Shown: piece after piece, positions 24,801 through 36,011 of the stretch
How positions within the stretch are numbered: position 1 is the stretch's first letter
How the letters are laid out: every line of letters starts with the position of its first letter
Origin: Vitrella brassicaformis CCMP3155
Lineage: Eukaryota; Protista; Chromerida
Direction: 5' to 3'
NCBI GenBank assembly: GCA_001179505.1
Contig: CDMY01000227.1
Location: 614,613 to 678,612, forward strand
Length of the DNA: 64,000 bases
The notes under the pieces: model-generated
What the model was told of the DNA's origin: nothing
What the model saw: only the letters and a program-made list of their open reading frames with translations
The model's database searches: none
Made by a program: the position numbers and the translations under genes

Positions 24801-27800
24801 TCAGCAAGCGAGTGGCGAGAGCTGTGCGCCTGCGCACCCCCTGGTCGCACTCCAGGGAGGCCCTGACCTGCAAGCAGTAAGGATGCGGCAGAGTCCAAAT
24901 CAGTGCACGCTTTGTGTTGTGGTGTCCTTGTATTCAGTCACCAATCCACTGACCCACTGACCTGCGTCATGATGAGCGATGACAGCCCATCATCCTGCCT
25001 GGACAGATCAAGAGCTCCTTTGGCAGCGAGGCAGCTGGCGATCTCAATGACCCTGTAATCGGACAGCTCGCCTAGGTGCTCACGCCACAACCTGAGACAG
25101 CAACAAATCAAGTGGGGGCATGCACAGGATGCATGTCATGCCAATGCACCTACCTCTCGGCTAGTGGCTGAATGATGTCACTCAGGCCGGCGCACATGTC
25201 CTTGGCCTGGAGGCCATCCTGCTCGCCCAACTCGACAAGTGAAGTGAATGCGAGGCTCACCACACTCGCCAGCCCCAGGACGTAAGGGGCATCGACCTCT
25301 CCAGCCGACAGCCGCCCCTCCGCTTCCCCGACGTACGCCCTGACGAAGACGGTCATCACATCTTTGATGCTCTTGACCTCCTTTGCAGCAGCCAGGCGAC
25401 CACTGGTGCTGCCGTTGATGACTTCTCGAAGGGTTGCGCGCAGCGCGACGGCCAGGCACCTGCCGAGCTCCACAATGACCCCATTGCTGTAGGACTCAAG
25501 ATGTCCCTGCGTCTCGTTCATGATTGATGCGAGGTCGGTGAGCGATGGCTTCCTGGCTCGGGCCCACGCCCTCAAGACGTTGGCCCTCTCCTTGTCTCGC
25601 GACTGAGAGAAGCGCTCCAGAGCGAGAGGGAACAGTCGACGCACGATCTGCTGCAGTAGGCTGTCTGCTGTGGTGACGTTCCCTCCTTCCTCGCGGATCT
25701 TCTCCAGCCGCTGCAGATCGATGGAGAAGCTCGAGAGGAGCATTGCCAGGGCTGCTGGCTTGGGTGCAGCTTGTCCGCCTTCCAGCTTCGGCAGCATGGC
25801 ATTCACCGCCACAGCAGCATCCTGGAAAGGCCGACCCTGAAGTAGGAAAACAACGAACAGAATGAAGCCATAACACGGCTCGCTGTGTGTCGGCTTACCG
25901 TGACACCGAAGAAAGAGAGACTCTCGACGAAGCTGGCGACATCGTGCAGAGGAAGGCTACCCCATCGCCCCTCAAGCCACCGCAGAGTGGCACTAATGAC
26001 ATCATCACTCCAGTGCCCTGTCTTGGCGAGCGCTAACATGGTCTTGGATAGCTCTTGTGACGCCACCATGTCCTCTGCCGCATTCCTGCGCCCCTGCTCT
26101 GCCAGCTCCAGTCGAAGCAGTGTCTGGTTGGCCACTGCAGTCATGGTGCGGTTCAGCAGCTGCTGCTGAGTGTTTTCTCTGGGCGCATCGTGTTCAGCGG
26201 GCGGGAAGAGAAGTGTTGCGCTCCACGCGACTGTCGCGACGTCCTTGTGGCTGCCCCAGAGCTTGTAGGAGGCGCAGCAGGCCTCCATGCTCTGACAGAT
26301 TCCTCGAATGAGAAGCTCATCATAGACCCTGGCCGACGCAAAAGCCCAAGCGAGACTCGCCTCGTCTCGTGGAAGCAGCCTCAGTGTGCGCTTCCTGCGA
26401 AGATCGACCTGTGCCGTGGATAACGGCAGGCATTGTGCGACACTCCTCAGGAAGGCTGGTGTGACGGCGCCCGTCCTGGCCAGACCCACGACGGAGAGCA
26501 CCAACTCCTTGGCGGTGAACGACTCACGACGCAGACGATCTCCGACAGTCGCAAGCAGACGGTCCCGCAACTCGTTGGCTCCATCGACGTCAGCTTTATT
26601 GACCTTGGAAGGCATCAAGAGACGAGAGGCACAAAGGATCCTTGAGCTCTGTGTTGTTTTTTCACAGTGATATCTTACTTCCTGCATCAATGAAGCAACC
26701 TCTGCAATGCACCGCGGAGAGAAACCAGGGAGCCCCTCAACAATGGACTGAAGGCAGCGGGCCATCAAGTCGCTGCCCTGCGGCGGGAGCCGGTCGGAGA
26801 GCAGCACCTTCAGCAGCTTGACCTGTTGGTCGCAGGACCACTTGCCACATAAAGACCCAACATGATCCATATCGACAGACCGGAAGGCCTCTGCAGCCGT
26901 GAGAGGCCGCACCGGAGAGGGCACCCGTGAAAGGGAGTAAAGTAAGTCGGGCAGATGGCTCTCAAGGCGAGTCCAGCTGTCATCATCCTCCACCCCTCGC
27001 CATGCTTCGCATCTTGAGGTTACCTCCCGGCCGATAGCCACCCGCAGCCGTCGGTCGATATCTCTCGACGCCGCTGCCGGTGGTGCCATCACCTCGAGGT
27101 TCCACATGTGCTGCGTCAGCTCCTCTGCCGACAGCTGTTGTAAAATGTCACTTGCCGCCGAAAGGGCATGCACTCTGTCGAACAAAGGCCTCCATGCCGG
27201 GCTGTTGAGCGCCTTCATCTGCCGGAGCTGCCCGAGGATGACCAGCAGCTCGGACGGTGCGATTGCGCCATGAAGCGGAGCTAGCCAAGCACGCTCGTCG
27301 TGTGAATCGAGCTGAGGCAGTGACGCCTGGATCACGCGCAGCATCATCTCGCGAATACTGCCATCGGACAGATAGAGCCGCTGAGCGGCTAGCAAGCTCC
27401 GCATAAATAAGGCAGCAGGCAACGCCGGCTCGATCAACTCTCTTCCTTCGCATCGCCGAAGCAGCTCCTCGAGAAAGCCACAAAGGGAGCTGACAATCGT
27501 GTTCAGATCCGTCGAGTGAGTCATGGCAAGTGCAGAAGCCGCATCGCCCGATGGCAGCCCTCCAAGTGAAGCAAGCCTCTCAAAGTTTTGGATTGCTTCG
27601 CTTGTCTTGACGATCCGCTCATGCTGCGCCTCACTGCTCCCCATCCCATCATATGCTGCTTCTCCTGCTGCAGTCACCGACTCATCTTTCGGCGCGCGTT
27701 GCCGCCTCCTCTGTGTCAAAGCTCGATCATCGTCGGCACTCAAGTGCTGCGCTCGCTGCTTCTTCCGTCTTCTCGGCCGATGTCCAAAGTCCGCATCCAG

Positions 27801-28031
27801 GAAGGGATCTTCGACGCCTCCTCTAAAAGCAGCGGGGAAAGCTGAGCTGTCCACAGGTTGACGCAGCTTCAAGCGAGCGGAGAGCTGCGATAACGAGTCT
27901 GGTCTGCCGATGGATGAGTCGGAGCGGGGTTGCTTGGACGAATGGATCCTGAATGCCGACGGGACGATGAATGCTCCGCTGCCTCGCAGCTCACAGCATC
28001 CAACCAGGGAGATACTCGCGAGCAGCTTCAT
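21893..28031 (-). CDS. Large OPR/HPR-type helical-repeat protein with plastid-type leader; 742-aa first ORF splices in frame to ~10 downstream exons
   Basis: Repeated motifs SSQAIAIIMWGYAKLKWFD, RQDLALLVWSFAV, PRDEASLAWAFAS, PNDLARLSWTLG, DRTLADTIWGLSRSG, QELSKTMLALAKTG resemble the OPR/HPR consensus (PQxLSNxxWAxAxLG). There is an in-frame splice FFGVT|GRPFQDAA near 25900-25838. The leader is MKLL...GAFIVPSAF. The 3' end is tentative. Confidence 0.72.
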
Positions 28032-28117
28032 TCACCAATTGATCCACATACCTCTCCCGCGCTCATTGCTGTCCTCAGCTCATACGAAGGGGAACAAGTA
28101 AAAGAAGGAAGATCGGC

Positions 28118-30474
28118 ATGGCTTCAAGCTCGCACGTTGAAGATCTGAGGCAGGCCTGGACTTTGTATGAGGCTGTGAGGTCACCAGGAAGATCTGCATG
28201 TTTTCCTTACTCAGAGGAAGGACCCGCTTTCGGTCCATGCGGCGGGCGCCTGTTGCAGCGCCCATCCCCCTTCGTCTTTGCTCTCTATCCTCGTTGCCTC
28301 ATCGCATCCAACCGACTCGAAGCTTCAGTGCCAATCCCGGCAGCAAGGAGGCTGAAGAACCGCCGCCAGCGACGAGTGATCCAGGCAAAGCTGATGATGC
28401 ACCTGCAGCCACACAGGCGACGCAGACGACTCATGAGATGGAGGACGATATAAGCCGCTTACTTCCCGTGTTTGCATTGCTCGGAGGATACGAGTCGCCA
28501 CCGCGGTGGCATGAGAGCTGGATGGAAAGGCTTGGCATGCGCTTCCAGTCATGGGTGAGCATGCATTGCAAGCAAGGCCAACAGGGGAAGGGAGGCAAGC
28601 AAGCGAGGGCAACAAGCAGATGAATGCTGTGCTTTTGTGTGGACTGGACTCATGTCATTCATCAGCTTGGCCTTAATTTCGTCAGCCAAGCATGTCCTGA
28701 TGTCTTCCGGTCGCGTGATTACTACCACAACTTATCTCGCGGCTCGGTACAGGCCTTCAAAATGACCATGCAAAAGGTACGTCTACTCACCACACGTGCT
28801 GCGGCCTGATTGTGGATGGTCGCCTGTCTATCTATCGCTGTACGTATGGATGAATCAGTCGTATGAGGGCGACTTATCTGACTTGGAGGATGTGGTGGAG
28901 AGCCGCCTGCTCAAACTCATCACCAAATGGCTCGAACGTGTCAACCAGAAGGGACTCAAGGTCGGTGGGGCAGGCGGCCACCAAGACCGATGAGGCACCA
29001 GGGACCAATCGTTGGTTGGTCGTGTGTCATGTGTGGTGTGTGTCAGGTCCAGTGTCAGCTTGAAGATGTTCATGTGCAGGGCTTTGGGAGGCTAGCGATC
29101 GTTCTAGGTGCCCATCGGGGCCAGGCTCTTGGCAAGCGAGTGGTTTACAGGGTACGGGAGGCCCCACCGTTGGTGCACTGAGAATGGCCGACGTGTGCGT
29201 GATTTTCTTTCATGGGTGACGTGTGCAGATGATGGGGCATTACTTGGTGGTACCTCCGTCCATCGTGCCGTCCAACAAGGACAGCACAGAGCCTAAAAAG
29301 TCATTCAACGAAGTCGTCCGCGAAGTCGAGGTGAGCGCCGTGAATGACGCGACACGAGCATTCCACTGTCCAGTTATCGATGGATGGATGGCTGGATGGA
29401 TGATGACGCAGGGGTTGATGCGGCAGGGTGGTGTGGTGCGCCAGGAGGTGCTCCTGAGCGCCAGGCAGAGCCTGGCTCTCGTCAGACCACAGCCACCCAC
29501 AGCAGCCAAGCCAGGGGCGGCTGCCGGGGCCGGTACTGGTGGAGAGAGTGCCAAGCCAACTGAGGAGGCGCGTGTGGCCGAGGCGACCACCGAAGCGGCA
29601 GAGACGAGGGACGCGGCAGGTGTGGATGGTGTAGGAGCTGCCAGCGAGTCTGATCAGACCAAGAAGACACGCACATCGGAGGTACCGATGCAACGACCTG
29701 TCAGCAAACGACATCGGGGGAGGCTTGACTGTTCCGTCCTTTGCTGACAGGTCTCTTACGTCGATCAGTCGAGTAGTGCAGCCGCGGACGGGTCCGCTGG
29801 CAAGGAGGAGAGGACCGGTGGCGGTGAGGCTGTCGAGGCTGTGGAGGTGGTGTACGGGAGCACCAAGAAAATGCGTGCTTTCCACACCATTATGCTGGAG
29901 ATGCCTCTCCATCCGGTCACCCTGCCCATGGCACAGTGAGCAGTCACGCGCACATCCATGCAGCAAGACAACAGTGACCAGCGGGGTGTGTGCTGTTGTC
30001 TGTCAGGTTTGCCGAGACTCAGGGAGAGGGCTATCCAGATGTCGAGTACGAAGCCAACCACTGGACAATATGCGACATCAATGACGCCCTCCTCGGCAAC
30101 CCGCCCCTGCCCCTGCCGCCCACAAGTGAGTTTCACTGACAGCACACGACCTCTCGACAGCACACAGCCTTCTCCCATTGGCTGCAGCGGGGTACATCAA
30201 TGTGGAGGTGACTGGTGATTGGGACCCCCCTGAGGCAGCCCCACAGGAAGCCAAGACGACCGATGCAGCTTCACAAGAGCCAAAGACCGAGGCTTCCCCC
30301 GCGCCATCACAAAACCCGCCATCACCCTCGGGCTCTGACGAGTCAGAAACCGACAAAGACAAGACCCGCGCGGATGGCGAGGCACCAGCTGAGGGGCGGG
30401 AGGGGGCCCCTGAGGCAAGTGACAAGGGCGACGACAGGCGCAATGATGAGGAGGTCAAGAAAAAACGGGTTTGA
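28118..30474 (+). CDS. Hypothetical, probably organellar protein (weak resemblance to Tim44/MAIP1-like proteins), multi-exon
   Basis: Arg/Ser-rich leader ending RSFSA; exons SRGSVQAFKMTMQK, SYEGDLSDLEDVVESRLL, acidic linkers, stop at 30474. The family assignment is weak. Confidence 0.45.
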
Positions 30475-31351
30475 GCAATTGGCCGGCTCTTGGTGTCGAT
30501 GGGATGGATGGGCGGACACGGACTGGCCGCGGCCTTGGCCGCTGCAACGTGCTTGTTGGTGGCGGGGAGATGGGCGTGTTCGGATGGCTGGTCATTGACT
30601 GCCACGATGGTGTCGCTTGCTTGTGTCTGCTGTATGCCGGTGTGCGATAGCGGAGGGCGGGTCGGTCGGTGGGTGGGTGCGTCATGTCATGAGTCGAGTG
30701 GGTGGGTACTGCGTTGGGTCATGTGACTCACTGATGGACATGTTCGTGTTTGAAAGTGATAGTATCATCGTGAACATATCGGATTCGTTGCTTGATTACT
30801 TCAATGCTCTCACCCCGATGTCGTCCCTGTGTCCTCCCTCTATCCCTCCATTTGTCTGTCCGATTGCAGCAAGCGGTGTCAAGTCAGGCACTCCTCTTTT
30901 TGGGGCACCGCGACTGACAACTGACCGCCAGACAATCACGCGGACACACACCACCCCATCACACAGTCCTCGAAAGGAACTCTCACAGACATGTACCCAC
31001 CGACCGACCCCATCATTCATGCCTCACATGCACTCTCACATCGACCTGATGAGCTCGTCAGTGCACGATGAAATCACCAACAAAGAAAGTGAGCCAGACA
31101 AATATATCGAAGGAGCAAACTATGTGTGTGTGCACGAACTACCCATGGCGTAGCGGCCAGCGCATGGTCACCCCCCACCCCTGCCCACCGCTCCCGGAAC
31201 ACACAACACGCACAGCCAATGAATTCATTCATGTGATGGATAAAGCACATACGCATTCAACATGACACAGCAAAAATCACGAATGGAAACAGCGATTGTG
31301 TGCACGTGTCTGGACGCTACAGAGAGGACTGATGCCGTCCTGTAATCCTAT

Positions 31352-32593
31352 CTACCACATCCAATTCCTGGGGCCTCCGGGGTTCCTGCAGACAGCTGGA
31401 TCGTAGTCATATCCAGTGACGGCCTGAAAAGACATACATACACATCCAAACCCAGCACAGGTGCTCAGTGGGCCTTCGCTGTTTGTCTAGTCGCATGTTC
31501 GCTCGCTTACGATTGCAGTGCACGGGAGGACGTTGTTGTTGCATGTGATCTGCATGAACAGATGATGGAACGCGTGAAAGGCAGGGTATCCGTAGGGGCA
31601 GTGTCTCCTGCACGGCAATGTGGAGACCCGGCGTACGTACCTGGACCCGGTAATTACGGAAGCCGAGGAATGAAAAAGTCCTGACCCAGACATTCGTTGC
31701 CAAAGTCCCCCCGTTCGCCCCGACGCAGTCGTCAGGCAAGGGGCCGGGTCTGCGATGCACATGGACAAATCGTAGCGAATGTGTATCTAGCGTATGGATC
31801 CGTAGTGAGTACCGAATCTCGCAGATTTCCAGACGCATTCCGCCGAGCGACTTCAAATTCCAGTTGTGACGATCGAATGCACCAGGGTTGACTGAGGCTC
31901 TGATGACCCTTGTCTGCCCCGCGCCGACAAGGCCGATGATTTGAGGCCCGTGGATCTCTGCGCACAAGACAGACACACACACAGTGTCCGGTAAATGAAA
32001 CGACAAGATGCCCTTCCCTCGTTCTCGTCGCTTACTGGAGCATGGGAATTGCTCAGAAGTAACATTGGTGCCGTTGTCGGTGACGTTGCTCACAGGCTCA
32101 GAGATACCCTCATACCAGGCAGCTGCATGTGGCCACACACACACGTGTGCGTCTCTCTGTCTCTCCCAGCGTTCGTGTGTGTGTGTGCATCAGTGATCAT
32201 ACGAAGGTTGAGGTCCTTCATCTTGGGGTCATCCTCGTCGCCACCACCGGTCCTGGTCCACACGCGGTCGCCGTGCACAACCACCTCGATGCCCTCCGCG
32301 GCGTTCTCCATGAGCACCGTGGAGATGGCATTGAGTTTTTTCACCCTGTTGGCCTCCTCCGGTGCGACCTCAACCTCCTCCCCATCCTCGCCGATGAACC
32401 TGGGAGCCGCTGCATGAAGAAGCCACGCACAGGGAGAGACGGCACAGAAGGAGAATGCATATCTGTCAAATCTCAAGCGCGGCCACGCGCATGAGGGGAG
32501 TGGCTCACGTTCACGTTCCGCTTGCAGTCTGCGGATCTGGCAGTTGGCGACGCCCGCGAGGGCGATGAGCAGCAGCAGGCAGAAGACCTTCAT
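31352..32593 (-). CDS. Hypothetical secreted protein, multi-exon
   Basis: Clear signal peptide MKVFCLLLLIALAGVANCQ, followed by coding-like exons (APRFIGEDGEEVEVAPEE..., EIHGPQIIGLVGAG...). The 3' end is approximate. Confidence 0.55.
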
Positions 32594-33008
32594 GAGGGGA
32601 GGAGAGATCGGGACAAAGATAAGAAGGACCGCACAAGAGAAGGCAGAGATGCGGGCAGCAGTAGGCAGATGGGAAGCTTCAAAAGGGGGAGAAGTCCGCA
32701 ACGGCGCCTCATCCGCAACGGCGCCGCAACGCAGTCAGACAAGTGGCGTGAGTGCCAGTGCCTGCCCTTCGGGCAGGCAGGCGCGGAAAACAGCAAAAGG
32801 GGATAGAGCAGAGGTGTGGTTTTGTGCGAAGTGTGATTTCCAGAGGTGTGTGAGTTCAGGTGTCGAGAATCGAGGCGGCAGTCTTTCACTGAATCATTGG
32901 GACTTACTCGCTGCACGCCTGTGGCTGTTTTTCTGCCGAGGAACGCCTGTCTCGGCTGTGACTGTGATTCTGAGCTTCGCTAAGATCTCTTGAGATCTGT
33001 TGGCAGTT

Positions 33009-33283
33009 ATGAGTGACCAGAAGAGCCCAGAGAAGGCCGCAAAAGAAGTGGCAGAAGGAGCTGGTGGTGAGGACCTGGAGCAGCTGGCGGCGCTGATCAA
33101 CGACTATGACCGGGCAGTGCGCTGTGATGACCTGGCAGGGGTGAGCGGACCACGGAAGCCGAACACCATTCGGAAGGAGGCAAGTGCTGGTGTGTGAGGT
33201 GTGTGTCCTGCAGGTGTGTCGACTCGCTGAGGAGATCGATAAGGTCCGTCCCTGCATGAACCAGCGCAGCAAGGCGCTGGCCT
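33009..33283 (+). pseudogene. Truncated 5' copy of the gene at 36012-38078, fused to antisense Helitron helicase
   Basis: 32993-33283 is nearly identical to 35996-36286, then switches at ...gctggcct|ccgcgtcttcc... to sequence matching 39937 onward. Confidence 0.85.
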
Positions 33284-35695
33284 CCGCGTCTTCCGCAAGG
33301 AGCGTCTCGTCTGCAGTGGGATCGATGTGGAAGGTGGGGATAAGTCCGTCACCGACCTGCACCACAAAGACAGCGAAGCGAGTCGGTGCGGTCGCTTCCA
33401 TCCCCTTGCCCACCTTGAGACACAGGTCAGAATAAGCTTGGTCGACGATCCGATGGTTGGTCAGCAGCTCGTACCTCTCGAAGCACGGCCAGAGAACGGA
33501 GGACTTGATAGAGGCCTTCCAGGCGTTGATTTCGTTGCTGTCCTCTCCTCGGGGCAGCACGGGAGTCAGCTGGCGGAAGTCGCCTGCGCACACGAACACC
33601 TTGCCGCCGAAGGGCCGGTCAATTCCTGTGATGTCCTGGAGCATGCGGTGTGTGGCCTCGATATTGTTCACGTGGGCCATAGTCACTTCGTCCTGCACAC
33701 ACACACGCATACACACACACACACACCACACACACACACTCCGCACATGCACGTGCTTGTGTGCATTCAGATAGGGCCGATCAGAGGCCTACCAGATGAG
33801 GAGCTGGCTGTGGCGCAGCAGCTCTGCCTTATGAGAGTTACGGCCGACTGTGCACTCCACCGGCTCCTTCGAGATGTTGTCGACTACCTTGATCTTCAAG
33901 GCGCCGTGCGCCGTGTGGCCCCCAGTGTAGTTGAGCGCTGCCAGCGCCGTCGTTGCAGTGGCGATGGCGATGTTGCCTCGCATGCGGACCGCCGACAGCA
34001 GGCACTGCAGCAGCGTGGTTTTCCCGGAACCGGCTGATCACCAGCAAAGACACACACGCATGCACCCCCCGGTCCACACCGCCTGTGTGTCTGCCTGTGT
34101 GTCTGTCCGTCTGTCTGTTTCTCACCCAGTGCGGGCACAATCACCGACATCGGAATCACGCCATCCACTGTCTCGTTGGCCCTCGACGCGTCCGGATAGA
34201 GGTGCTCGAGCACGTCATTGTAGACCCTCAGCTGCTCGGGGTCAGTCTCGAAGAGCGAAAACAACCGATCATGCTCTCGCCGCACGTCGGCGAGGTTCCC
34301 GTAGCTCTGCCGCTCCATGCCTTCGTCAGCAAAGTCCTCAGGCTCAGGCAGGCTGAAGTCCTTGTTGGTCTTGCCTGGGCTCATGGCATCGATGTCCTCA
34401 GAGATGTCGCGCAGCAGCAGCTGGTAGGCCGCGTTCGGGTCGAGCCCTTCGTCCTCCTCGTAGTCACTGACGAGGAAGTCCCGATGCGTCTCGAGGATCT
34501 CCGGAGCGTCGCACTCGTGGTTGACAATCAGCTGGACGAAGAGCAGACGTAGCTGGAACGGTAGCAGGCCGTGGTCCTCGATCGCCTCCAGCAGCAGTGT
34601 CTTCACGAACTCGTCTCCCTGGAGCAGGCCGCTCTCTCTCGCGGCGTCCACGTAATGGTCATACACCTGCCCGTTGATGGTTCGCAGGGCCTGCAGCACG
34701 TCACAGTCAGCAGCAGCCACCAAGAGGAGACATTGGCAGACGCCAGGAATGGAACGATGAATGCGGGAGTTGTTACCTCGTAGGAGCCCCGCGCCTTGGA
34801 CGTCTTGAGCAGCAGACGAAGGTAGTAGGGCTCGCCCTGCGAGACGTTCATGGTCTGCAGCCGCGTGCACACCTTGTGTCCGCTTGCTCGCTCGTAGAAG
34901 ACGTCGCCGTTCTTGGTGCGGAACGAACGGCGGCCCTTCGGCACCGCCTGCCGCTGCTGCTTCATCTGGTATCGCTCGAAGAACTGCTGATACGTCACGT
35001 CATCGAACTCAGGATCGTCAGGCCGCGCCAGCCAGTGCTCTAGCTCGTTGGGCTTGGGCTGGATCACCCGGCCTCGCTCGCTCTGCCTCCCGTACACCAG
35101 CTGCACCAACTTGCGCTTCTCTGGAAGGACCACTGGCAAAGTGATGACCGGCGGCTCGATCACCGTGATCCTGTGGCTCAGGATGCGGTGGCAGGCCTCG
35201 CTGCCGCAGATGACCCGGCCCTCCTGGTACTCGGCGATCTCGTCGCGCGCGGGAGCCGCTCCGCCGTGAGCCCCGCCACTCGCACTCGTGGCCGCCGAGT
35301 CCGCCCCCGCCAGCCTCTCGACGTAGGAGCTCTGCCTCGCCCGCTGCTCGTCTCGCTCCTGCTTGAAGCTGTGCCCCCTTGCGGCTGTGCTCGCCGAGTC
35401 GGTTGCCCACTTGATGGTGAAAGGATTCTTGTGGGGTTTCCACATGTACCGGAACATGTAGATGATCACCTTCATGAACGCAACGACGTCGCAGTACACG
35501 TGGCAGCGCAACAGCGCTAGCAGCACAGGCGAGTAGGACGCGATCCAGCGGTCGAGCACGTCTCGTCGTCGATAGATGCAGCGGCCGTGGACGTTCCAGT
35601 GTGTCTCGTTGCAGAGAGGCCACGGCGCCCCCAACTTGCACGGGGTGCGACATCGGTCCCCCAGCAACATGTACTCTTCCAGGCTCTTCTTGTCG
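33284..35695 (-). pseudogene. Helitron RepHel segment (Rep C-terminal part + helicase N-terminal half), helicase 3'-truncated
   Basis: IIYMFRYMWK, DEIAEYQEGR, GSGKT, DEVTMAH, FGGKVFVCAGDFRQLTPV and LLTNHR are present. Helicase motifs IV-VI are absent because of the junction at 33283/4. Confidence 0.88.
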
Positions 35696-35995
35696 NNNNN
35701 NNNNNNNNNNNNNNNNNNNNNNNNNNNNNNNNNNNNNNNNNNNNNNNNNNNNNNNNNNNNNNNNNNNNNNNNNNNNNNNNNNNNNNNNNNNNNNNNNNNN
35801 NNNNNNNNNNNNNNNNNNNNNNNNNNNNNNNNNNNNNNNNNNNNNNNNNNNNNNNNNNNNNNNNNNNNNNNNNNNNNNNNNNNNNNNNNNNNNNNNNNNN
35901 NNNNNNNNNNNNNNNNNNNNNNNNNNNNNNNNNNNNNNNNNNNNNNNNNNNNNNNNNNNNNNNNNNNNNNNNNNNNNNNNNNNNNNNNNNNNNNN
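35696..35995. other. Assembly gap (300 N)
   Basis: Run of N. Confidence 1.
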
Positions 35996-36011
35996 AGATC
36001 TGTCGGCAGTC

